A stretch of 64,000 bases of DNA, from assembly GCA_023301465.1 (NCBI GenBank), contig JALZUQ010000013.1, positions 3,286 through 67,285 of the forward strand. The letters are read 5' to 3'. Positions 26,874-35,384 of this stretch are shown one piece after another. The translations under genes and the position numbers were made by a program. A model generated the notes under the pieces. The model ran no database searches and was not told the DNA's origin. It worked only from the letters and a program-made list of their open reading frames with translations. Position 1 is the first letter of the stretch; every line of letters begins with the position of its first letter. Origin of the DNA: Oligoflexales bacterium (GTDB taxonomy: Bacteria; Bdellovibrionota_B; Oligoflexia; Oligoflexales; JALZUQ01).

Positions 26874-29378
26874 ATGGAAAAAATTGAAGTATTTGGTGCT
26901 CGGGAAAATAACCTTAAAAATTTTGATGTAGATTTTCCTAGAGATAAATTGATTGTCATCACAGGTGTTAGTGGCTCAGGCAAGAGTTCCTTGGTTTTTG
27001 ACACTATCCTTGCTGAATCACAAAGACGTTTTTTTTATACCCTATCAAACTACACAAGGCAGTTTTTAAATATTCAAGACAGGCCAAAGGTTAGAAAAAT
27101 CAACGGTGTATCACCGGCAATTTTTTTGGCTCAAAACGAAACCGCTCCATCATCTCGTGCAACGGTTGCCTCACTCACCGATATTGGTGAGTTACTTGGA
27201 GTTTTGTTTGCAAGACATGGAACAAAACTTTGCCCTGATCATGGACTAGAAACCACTGGCTCTAGCCTAAAGAGTATTGTTTCTGAGGTACAACGAAAGT
27301 TCAAAAACAAATATATGCTGGTAAGTGCTCCCATCATCACGGACAAAAAAGGTAAATACAGCAAAGAACTAAAAAAGCTCATGGACGATGGTTTTCAACG
27401 TTTTTTTATTGATGGTGAGATGATTACTACTGAAGACGAAGTACCTTCTTTGAGTGGAGCTCACAAACACACCATTAAACTCGTTGTAGACTTGGTAAAA
27501 GCAGATCAAGCATCTACAAAAAGACTTCAAAGAGCAATTGAAGTAGCTTTGAAGCATGGTGGAGAGCATGTTGAAATCACATTAAAAACCAAAGAAGATT
27601 ACGATTTCAAAAACAGTGCCACCTATTCTCTTCAAAATGGTTGTCCTGATTGTGGGTTTAGTTGGCCTAAACTAGACTCGCGTTATTTTTCAAGCAACTC
27701 CCAAGGCAGGTGCGAAGAGTGTAATGGCTATGGATACTTTGATACCAGCGAAGAAGGCACACCTATAAAGCAAGACCTTGCATTTCAAATGAGGTACTGG
27801 GAAGACTGTGAGTTTTGTGAGGGCACTGGACTTCTTGAGGACTTAGAACACGTTCAAATTGAGGAAACCAATATACATGAGCTATATCAATATAGTTTAA
27901 GTGAACTGCATGGCGTGGTAAAAAAACTAAAGTCTCCCACGAAGAACCCTGCCTTTTTAAGAATTCAAACTGAAATTCTCACAAAAATCACTCAACTAAC
28001 TGATATGGGTTTGGGATATTTACAGCTTTTTAGAAGAATCAAAACCATCTCAGGCGGCGAACTTCAAAGGCTTCGACTTGCAAGCCTTTTGAATGCAAAC
28101 CTTAGTGGTATTATGTACGTATTTGATGAGCCGTCTCAAGGGCTTGCACCATCTGAAATTGAAACCATTGCTAAAATTCTACTGAAACTCAGAGATCGAG
28201 GGAATTCGTTATTTGTGGTGGATCATGACGAAATCATGATGGAGTACGCAGATATTATTTACGATATGGGACCCGGTGGTGGGCCAGAGGGTGGAAGGCT
28301 TCTAAGTCAATTTGCTCCAAAAGACGCAAAGCTTCACTCAAAAACATCTCATTCTGCCATGGCATTGTTTGAATATCAAAATTCAAAAAAGAGTCCCAAA
28401 CCAAAATCATCCACCATCAAAAAAAACGATGATTTTTTAGTGCTTCACAAACCCGAGCTAAATAATTTAAAGATAAAGTCTGTCAAGTTTCGAAAAAAAT
28501 CTATTAATATCGTGTCAGGAGTTTCTGGTGCTGGAAAATCCAGCCTTACAAAAGGTGTTTTGCATTATGCTCTCACTCAAGTGACTGACAAAAAACGGAA
28601 AGGCCCAGTAGAATCCGAGTTTTTTGAAAGCATTGAAAACTCTAATGAAATTGAGCATGTTTACCTTGTTAACAGAAAGCCACTCGCTAAAAGCAGTGTG
28701 AGCACACCAGCAACTTATCTTGATATATACTCAGACATACGCAAACTCATGGCGAAAGTCCCAACAGCACAAGTGCTTGGATTGACCATTAAAGACTTTT
28801 CATTTCATTCAAAAGGCGGAAGGTGTGAAGTTTGCGGCGGCCGTGGATATGAGTCTGTGACGATGAGGTTTTTACCAGACACAAAAACAGTTTGTTATCA
28901 CTGCCAAGGAAAACGTTTCGATCAAGCGGTCCTATCAGTACAGTACAACGGCCTAAATATCTCTGAAATTCTTAACTTGTCTATCGGCGAGGCTATTAAG
29001 GTTTTTGAAAACCATAAAAAAATTGCTTCCAAACTTCAAAACGCTATCAACCTTGGGCTTGGGTATCTTAAATTAGGACAGCCTACCTCTACTTTCTCCG
29101 GAGGAGAAGCTCAACGCATGAAGTTAGTGCCTATCGTATCCAAGAAAAAACCTGCTTGGATTATCTTAGACGAACCGACCATGGGGCTTCACCATCAAAA
29201 CATACTACAACTCACCACGGCTCTTCACGAACTCGTTAGCCGTGGCTTTACCTTTGTCATTATTGATAATGCCCCAACCCTAATTGAGCGTTCTCACTGG
29301 CAAATTGAACTGGGACCGGGTTCGGCTGAAAACGGTGGTAAGATTATGTTTGAACGAAGCATTAAAACGAAACACTAA
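26874..29378 (+). CDS. uvrA: UvrA-family excinuclease ATPase, short form lacking the insertion domain
   Basis: 834 aa. N-terminus ARENNLKNFDVDFPRDKLIVITGVSGSGKSSLVFDT, two ABC modules (LSGGELQRLRLA; FSGGEAQRMKL) and zinc modules (CPDCG...CEEC...CEFC; CEVCGGRG...CYHCQG). The start abuts the pdxA stop with a 0-nt gap. Confidence 0.85.
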   Translation: MEKIEVFGARENNLKNFDVDFPRDKLIVITGVSGSGKSSLVFDTILAESQRRFFYTLSNYTRQFLNIQDRPKVRKINGVSPAIFLAQNETAPSSRATVASLTDIGELLGVLFARHGTKLCPDHGLETTGSSLKSIVSEVQRKFKNKYMLVSAPIITDKKGKYSKELKKLMDDGFQRFFIDGEMITTEDEVPSLSGAHKHTIKLVVDLVKADQASTKRLQRAIEVALKHGGEHVEITLKTKEDYDFKNSATYSLQNGCPDCGFSWPKLDSRYFSSNSQGRCEECNGYGYFDTSEEGTPIKQDLAFQMRYWEDCEFCEGTGLLEDLEHVQIEETNIHELYQYSLSELHGVVKKLKSPTKNPAFLRIQTEILTKITQLTDMGLGYLQLFRRIKTISGGELQRLRLASLLNANLSGIMYVFDEPSQGLAPSEIETIAKILLKLRDRGNSLFVVDHDEIMMEYADIIYDMGPGGGPEGGRLLSQFAPKDAKLHSKTSHSAMALFEYQNSKKSPKPKSSTIKKNDDFLVLHKPELNNLKIKSVKFRKKSINIVSGVSGAGKSSLTKGVLHYALTQVTDKKRKGPVESEFFESIENSNEIEHVYLVNRKPLAKSSVSTPATYLDIYSDIRKLMAKVPTAQVLGLTIKDFSFHSKGGRCEVCGGRGYESVTMRFLPDTKTVCYHCQGKRFDQAVLSVQYNGLNISEILNLSIGEAIKVFENHKKIASKLQNAINLGLGYLKLGQPTSTFSGGEAQRMKLVPIVSKKKPAWIILDEPTMGLHHQNILQLTTALHELVSRGFTFVIIDNAPTLIERSHWQIELGPGSAENGGKIMFERSIKTKH

Positions 29379-29404
29379 TCACAAACAAAGAATGATGAGG
29401 CAAC

Positions 29405-29854
29405 ATGTCCCCCAAACAACCTAAACTTCCTTGGTATAAAGATGGCGTTAAATTTCAATGCCAAGGCTCCGGAAAATGTTGCATCTCAAGAGGTGAGTAT
29501 GGGTTTGTCTATGTAACTGCAGAAGATAGAAGACGTATGGCAAAAGAATTTGGAGTTCCCACACGCTCATTTACAAGTAAATACTGCAAAAAAACAGACG
29601 AAGGTTACCACCTCATAGAAGAACCCGGGCGATCTGAGTGTTTATTTTTAGAAAACAACCAATGTTCTGTTTACAAAGCTAGACCTACTCAATGTCGCAC
29701 TTGGCCTTTTTGGCCTGAGTTTTTGAATGCTAAAAAGTGGCGTTCTGAAGTGAAAAATTTCTGTCCGGGTGTTGGCAAAGGTAAACTTTATGACCCAGTA
29801 GAAATCGAAACGATTATGCGGTCTCAAGAGGCTTCTGATAACTCCAAAAAATAA
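29405..29854 (+). CDS. YkgJ-family (CxxCxxCC) cysteine-cluster protein
   Basis: 149 aa with FQCQGSGKCCIS near the N-terminus and additional conserved Cys (CLFL..NQCSVY...CRTWPFWP), as in UPF0153/YkgJ proteins. Confidence 0.7.
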   Translation: MSPKQPKLPWYKDGVKFQCQGSGKCCISRGEYGFVYVTAEDRRRMAKEFGVPTRSFTSKYCKKTDEGYHLIEEPGRSECLFLENNQCSVYKARPTQCRTWPFWPEFLNAKKWRSEVKNFCPGVGKGKLYDPVEIETIMRSQEASDNSKK

Positions 29855-30017
29855 AACCAATAAAATCAAAAATTTATAATCATGTCTTCATCATACCAAA
29901 TGCTGCTTATTAGAAAACATAATCCTTTTTGATAAACATGAATAATTTGTTCTAATCTCGATTCAAATATATCTTCATTCTAGGCAGTAATCTAAGACCC
30001 TATGAAGGAACCCTATT

Positions 30018-30530
30018 ATGAAGAAAACGATTTTAACGATAGCACTATTCGCAACTATTTTATCATGTGGCAGCACTCAAAACGCATTCGGTTCATCTAG
30101 TGAGCAGTCTATTGATAGAGTTGAACAAGCAGTGACACAATTTGTAAATGAATGTTTTTCAGATGATGTGAAGATAATCTCTGCAGAAAAACCAGTAAGT
30201 CATCTATTAACGGCAGCATTAAAAGCTGAACTAGAACTACGCAAAGATCTACTCATCCCGCTTAATGGAAAATCCTTTAAAGTTCGAGTGACCCAATCGT
30301 TACCAAATCATCACAGCAGCATAGACTCAGATAAGTGGAACTGTGATGACTTAGATAACTGGCTCCATGAAAAACTTTACTCAAATAATAAAGACTTGAG
30401 TCATCAGTATGGTTTATTGACTGCTGAAGCTTTAACGACTGACGACACTTCGGCAATGATCAGTTATGTTAGCTATCACTACAAAGGCAATGACAAGCTA
30501 ATTAAAATCAAACTTTATAGTGCAAACTAA
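30018..30530 (+). CDS. Hypothetical lipoprotein
   Basis: 170 aa with lipobox ILSCGS. No recognisable domain. Confidence 0.5.
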   Translation: MKKTILTIALFATILSCGSTQNAFGSSSEQSIDRVEQAVTQFVNECFSDDVKIISAEKPVSHLLTAALKAELELRKDLLIPLNGKSFKVRVTQSLPNHHSSIDSDKWNCDDLDNWLHEKLYSNNKDLSHQYGLLTAEALTTDDTSAMISYVSYHYKGNDKLIKIKLYSAN

Positions 30531-30550
30531 TTCTGTCATTTTTCTTAAAA

Positions 30551-30598
30551 ACAAAACCCCGCTTGCATTGATTCAATACAAACGGGGTTTTGTTTTTT
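30551..30598. terminator. Bidirectional rho-independent terminator
   Basis: CAAAACCCCG ... CGGGGTTTTG is a 10-bp stem flanked by an A-run upstream and a T-run (TTTTGTTTTTTT) downstream. It sits between convergent genes. Confidence 0.7.
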
Positions 30599-30610
30599 TG
30601 CTCTTTGAAG

Positions 30611-31858
30611 CTACTCTAAAACTTTTAATGGTTCTGCTGTGTTTTCTAATAAGTAGACTACTGGGTCTATGTTAGCATCCACCACACTTTGGATAATTTC
30701 ATCTCCGGGGTAGAACCCAAGACCAAACATACCTTTTGCGGCAGTTGGACTAAGTTCAAAAGTAAAACAAAAAACACCGTGTTCTCCGTAAGCCCAATCA
30801 CATGTGTCACCAGACGCAACATATAGCCCACTTGCTTGCATTGGTTTATAGTTATTCCACTTGGACATTTGATTTGCCATTTCTACAAATGCTTTTTGAT
30901 CGTCAGTTTTTGCTATTTTAGACTTCGAGTGCCCCCACGGATAAAGAATTAACTCTGAGTACGTATGAAAACTAATCATCGTTTTAATATTTTTGTGGGA
31001 TTCAACAAACTTTTTGACTGATAAGATCTCTGGCTCAGTAAATGCTTTTTCACCTTTGTATACAGATGACCTCGGATTACTAGATGAACCACCTGTCCCC
31101 CACTTGTAGCCGTAGTTTCTATTTAGATCGACACCAACATGTTTACTATCTTTTATTTTACTTCTATTCTTTCTCCAGAACTTATAAACACCATCTTTGA
31201 TATCATGTATTGCACCATCTGGATTAATAAGAGGCACAACATATATGACACGCTTTCTCATTAAGTCTCTAAAATCCACGTCTTGCTTCATTAAATCTGA
31301 AATCTTCTGAATCATTAACAGTGGCACTTCTGTGCTAAGGTGCTCTCTAGCGTGATGTGTTCCAAACATCACTAGTGCTGGCTTTGAAAGTTCATTTGCA
31401 AACCCATCATAAGAAATCTTTACCCCTAATTGCTTTCGGCCTTCATATGACTTACCTAGCTCAAAAAGCTGCATATGTTTTGAGTTTTCTTTTACAAGCT
31501 TATTGAGCTCTACATTTACTTCATCATAAGTATGGTAGTCTGCATCACGTGTAGGGAACTCCAAGGTATCCGCCAAGAAATCAAAAAGACTAAATATTCC
31601 CGTTGAACTTTGAACAGCAGTTGAAACCTCGCCCACAATAGTAGGATTCAAACCATCTATGTTTTGCAGATCTTTAAGCTCATCTTTAGTTAGAACCGTA
31701 GAGATATTATTGGCATTAATGGAATCAATATGGATATAATTTGCAAGGTCATCTACCTCTGATTGACTTTGAAAAGGAATCTCTACTTGATAAACACTTT
31801 GTGCATATATAGTTGATTGACACGAAATTAATATTAGGAATAGTTTTAATAGTTTCAT
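30611..31858 (-). CDS. Secreted M14-family zinc carboxypeptidase
   Basis: ATG 31858 (MKLLKLFLILISCQSTIYAQ) follows a GGGGGAAG Shine-Dalgarno. The HxxE zinc motif is FGTHHAREHLSTE, and NRNY, SFHTYSE and FTFEL motifs of carboxypeptidase A/T-type M14 enzymes are present. Confidence 0.85.
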   Translation of the reverse strand: MKLLKLFLILISCQSTIYAQSVYQVEIPFQSQSEVDDLANYIHIDSINANNISTVLTKDELKDLQNIDGLNPTIVGEVSTAVQSSTGIFSLFDFLADTLEFPTRDADYHTYDEVNVELNKLVKENSKHMQLFELGKSYEGRKQLGVKISYDGFANELSKPALVMFGTHHAREHLSTEVPLLMIQKISDLMKQDVDFRDLMRKRVIYVVPLINPDGAIHDIKDGVYKFWRKNRSKIKDSKHVGVDLNRNYGYKWGTGGSSSNPRSSVYKGEKAFTEPEILSVKKFVESHKNIKTMISFHTYSELILYPWGHSKSKIAKTDDQKAFVEMANQMSKWNNYKPMQASGLYVASGDTCDWAYGEHGVFCFTFELSPTAAKGMFGLGFYPGDEIIQSVVDANIDPVVYLLENTAEPLKVLE

Positions 31859-31965
31859 CACGCTTCCCCCAAAGACTTGATTATTACGTAATTCTATCAA
31901 GTTTTTGGCTGAGCGGTCAATCTTATTAAAAGGAAAGCAAAGATGACTAAGTCATTATGACTTTA

Positions 31966-33498
31966 TTAAAGTGACCTTAAACGTTTTTGTGCTCTATCTA
32001 AAAATATCTTTTGTTCGTGCTTTGAGTTTTTTACAGAACCTGCTCCAAGTAAAACGACCCTACCGTTTATGATACCAAAAGCAACACGCACTGTGGAATT
32101 CATTTTTAGCTCATATACGCCAGCTTGAAGCACCATTTTTATTCTAGCATTCTTCTTATTTTGAATAGCATCTAGTAAAAGCTTATATGCAGTTCTCAAA
32201 TCTTTTAAGTTATTTGGTTCCTCAAAAAATTTCTTTATTTCTTTTTTAATGAGCTTTGTACCAGCAAAATTGAGCATAAAATCTAATTTTGCGACATCGG
32301 ATAACTCGTTAATTTCTTCTTTGGTTTTATGACCATTCTCGTCATCATCACCTGACACAGGTAACACCATTGGCCCTCTAGTTTTTACCTTTTGTTTCTT
32401 ACGACCTTGATTAATTTTATGACTTCTATCGTTTGTTTCTGTATTAGGTTTAAATACTTTTGGGGATGGCGATAAAGATACGTCCGTAATAGTCTCTGGT
32501 ATTTTAATCTTATCAATTTTTTTAGATATTAATACATGAACATATCCTAATACCGACTTCTTAACGACAGATCCACTGACATTACTTCGGACATGATCAG
32601 CAGAAAGGATGCTGAAAATCACTTTTTCAATAAAAGACTTAATCAAAGGATCATAAGGGGTTTTTTTAAAGATTTTACGTGTATATCTATCACTTAATTT
32701 TTTGATTTTTTTCTCTGATCTCCGTAAATCATAATATGATCCGGGCAGTAATTTAACTAAACCAAGAATGAATGGTTTTAAATCACTCCATATTTTCATA
32801 CCTCGATCAACTAAAAAAGCATAACGATTTTTCTTTTGAATAAACCTGACATCTTTATCTGATATATTATCACTACCGTCATTTCTTATGATTAATGCAA
32901 GACCAATCTCTGTGAAATATTTAAAAATTTTTGTGGCATCTGTCTTACTAATAGATCGGAAGAAAGCTTTTGAAAAGTAGCTCTTTATCAAACCATCTGT
33001 TAACTCAGGCTGTATTTCTTCCCAAGATGGGTATGTCAATAAGTCAGTCATTAAAATTCTTTTAGTCGTTGTTCCTAAACCATTTAGCTCTTCGCTACTC
33101 CATACAATTTTTTTTCTAGGCCTTATTAATCTTGATTTTTTTCTTAATTGTGGATTTAACTTAAAAAATGAAAGTAAACCTTCTAGACCAACGTATGAAT
33201 GTGCTGAGTATTCTGGCGTTTTGAGTTTTTTAGCAACTAACTCCCATTGTTTGTCACTAACGCCTTTTAACTGAAAATATGAATGAATCAATTCAAACAA
33301 CTGAAAGTGCTCATTAGGACTTTCTTTGATTACTGACATTTGTTGGACTGTTAATGCCGACTCTAAATAAGAATAAATCAGTTCGGAATTTAAGCGAGTG
33401 TCTGTTCTTCCCTTAAAATGATCATGACACTCTTCAGTAGAAGAAAAGCAAGGCGGTGAAACTAAGAACAAAATTAAGCTAAAGACTAAAGTCTTCAT
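31966..33498 (-). CDS. Exported protein with C-terminal HigB/RelE (Gp49-like) toxin-fold domain
   Basis: ATG 33498 gives MKTLVFSLILFLVSPPCFSS (signal peptide). About 400 aa of unknown function follow. The C-terminus is ...AGVYELKMNSTVRVAFGIINGRVVLLGAGSVKNSKHEQKIFLDRAQKRLRSL, which matches the G-L-[FY]-E-L-[RK] / R-V-x-F / V-V-L-L / K-K...A-x-K-R pattern of Gp49/HigB toxins. Confidence 0.5.
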   Translation of the reverse strand: MKTLVFSLILFLVSPPCFSSTEECHDHFKGRTDTRLNSELIYSYLESALTVQQMSVIKESPNEHFQLFELIHSYFQLKGVSDKQWELVAKKLKTPEYSAHSYVGLEGLLSFFKLNPQLRKKSRLIRPRKKIVWSSEELNGLGTTTKRILMTDLLTYPSWEEIQPELTDGLIKSYFSKAFFRSISKTDATKIFKYFTEIGLALIIRNDGSDNISDKDVRFIQKKNRYAFLVDRGMKIWSDLKPFILGLVKLLPGSYYDLRRSEKKIKKLSDRYTRKIFKKTPYDPLIKSFIEKVIFSILSADHVRSNVSGSVVKKSVLGYVHVLISKKIDKIKIPETITDVSLSPSPKVFKPNTETNDRSHKINQGRKKQKVKTRGPMVLPVSGDDDENGHKTKEEINELSDVAKLDFMLNFAGTKLIKKEIKKFFEEPNNLKDLRTAYKLLLDAIQNKKNARIKMVLQAGVYELKMNSTVRVAFGIINGRVVLLGAGSVKNSKHEQKIFLDRAQKRLRSL

Positions 33499-33682
33499 GT
33501 GTTTTCCTTGGCTGAGCAATTAACCAAGCTCAGTTATCATTCAAGCACTACTTGAGTCAATACAGGAGAAACCTAAAGAACCTTCACCACTTAAGTAATT
33601 GTATTTATTAATATTTACACAAAGTGTTTTCATCACAAACTTACCACGATTAAATTTGTTTTTATCTGCATTCATATTTCCA

Positions 33683-35107
33683 TCAAAATAAAAAGTTAAA
33701 GAAATATGCAATTGGGATTACCATGAACATTTTCCATTTATATTCAGAGTCTGTTTCTCCTATAAGCGAATCATGATCTACTGATCCAGTTTCATCCACT
33801 ACTAACTTTGCCTGTTTCCTTCGAGCAATCATACTCTCACTAAGTTGATTAGCAAATTCAGATCCATCGTAACAAATAAAAACAAGCTCAGAATTTAAAT
33901 TTGCTGAACGAGGATCTAAATTATATGTTCCTAAAATAGAAACTTTATCATCTATCACAGCACGCTTAGAATGAATAGTCCATATGGAAGGTGTCGCATT
34001 GGACTCAGGGTAGTTTTCCAAGTATTTACCGTCGTAAGCAAATAATTTAAAACCTGAAAATTTTAATTCTGAAATATCAGGATATAATGCAGAAATCGTA
34101 TAGTAACCATCTGTTGAGGCAAGGCTGTTTGTAAGAATCGTCATTTTTATTCCACGATCACTAATAGACTTAAGTATGCTTCGACCATTTTGTGTTAAGA
34201 CTAAATATGGACTTTCAATGAGCATTTTATCTTTTGTTTCTTGAACTAGCTCTGTAATAACCGAAAACACTCTTCGATTACTCACTGCGGAACCGGGGTA
34301 ATCAGTCACAAACCTTGAGTTTTTACATTCCGATGTTTGTGGCTCTATTTGTAGTTTTTTTAGCTTATCAAGCATGGCATGATCATTTTCAATGAGTTTA
34401 AATAGATTTTTTTGTGCTTGATTCATTTCAACTTCAACAGTCTCAGGGTTTACACTCCATGTAGAATCCCAGTACAAATCAAAACTCTTACGAATAGATG
34501 TTACTAAGTCACCTTCAATCATAATATCACTATCCAAAAAATTCCATTTTGCTGGCATATCAAAGTAGTCATTAGCAATATTACGCCCACCAATCATAGC
34601 GATGCGATCGTCTACTGAAAGTAACTTACGATGTGTTCGATGCTGAACATTAAAAAGCTTAGATAGAGAAGAGGTATTATAATATTTAACCTCAACACCG
34701 TACTTCATTAATACTTTTGCATAGTAAGGGCTGAGTTTAAACACAGGCTTTGCAAAATCTACAAGAACGCGAACCTTCACACCTTGTTTTGCTTTTTCAA
34801 TCAATGCATTTGTTAAGATACGACTTGCACTATCAATTTCGTAAATAAAGAACTCTAGGTCTAAGGATTTTTTTGAAGATTGAATCATTTCAAGGCGGTG
34901 CAACAAAGATTCATAACCAATATCAATCAGTGTTATTTTTTGAGGGTTAAGACTCCTAACATCTGTAGAGTCTACTTGATGCTTTGGGTCACTCCAGTGG
35001 TTTTCAGTGACGTAAAGCACAACCATGAAATAAGAGTAAACCCCTAAAACGGCAACCACTACAAACCCAGTTGAATAAATCATCAGTTTTTTAAGAATTT
35101 TTCCCAA
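33683..35107 (-). CDS. Phospholipase D / cardiolipin-synthase-family enzyme, membrane anchored
   Basis: 474 aa with an N-terminal TM helix and two HKD motifs (HRKLLSVDDRIAMIGGRNIANDY; IHSKRAVIDDKVSILGTYNLDPRS). Confidence 0.85.
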   Translation of the reverse strand: MGKILKKLMIYSTGFVVVAVLGVYSYFMVVLYVTENHWSDPKHQVDSTDVRSLNPQKITLIDIGYESLLHRLEMIQSSKKSLDLEFFIYEIDSASRILTNALIEKAKQGVKVRVLVDFAKPVFKLSPYYAKVLMKYGVEVKYYNTSSLSKLFNVQHRTHRKLLSVDDRIAMIGGRNIANDYFDMPAKWNFLDSDIMIEGDLVTSIRKSFDLYWDSTWSVNPETVEVEMNQAQKNLFKLIENDHAMLDKLKKLQIEPQTSECKNSRFVTDYPGSAVSNRRVFSVITELVQETKDKMLIESPYLVLTQNGRSILKSISDRGIKMTILTNSLASTDGYYTISALYPDISELKFSGFKLFAYDGKYLENYPESNATPSIWTIHSKRAVIDDKVSILGTYNLDPRSANLNSELVFICYDGSEFANQLSESMIARRKQAKLVVDETGSVDHDSLIGETDSEYKWKMFMVIPIAYFFNFLF

Positions 35108-35189
35108 AACTTTGCCTTATCTATGTCTAATTTTATGCTTCGGGTTCTATTTTAATTTTCTTAAACCACGCCAAACAATCCACAAGCTC

Positions 35190-35222
35190 CGGTAATCAAA
35201 AGAAAATATCTTTTGATTACCG
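35190..35222. promoter_or_regulatory. Perfect 13-bp inverted repeat in a divergent promoter region (candidate operator)
   Basis: CGGTAATCAAAAG-aaaatat-CTTTTGATTACCG lies between the divergently transcribed PLD gene and the peptide ABC operon. No adjacent U-tract, so it is not a typical terminator. Confidence 0.3.
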
Positions 35223-35384
35223 CAAAACCCAAGTGGGATGCCACCCAAATTGGCACTTTAGTAAAACCATAACTCTCGGTCTTTATTATGTTTTTACTTG
35301 CATCCAACCTCTATCAAGCACTATTCTATTTGATAAAGATTGAATGAAAGATAATATAATCAAGCACTTGAAGAAGGGACTCTC

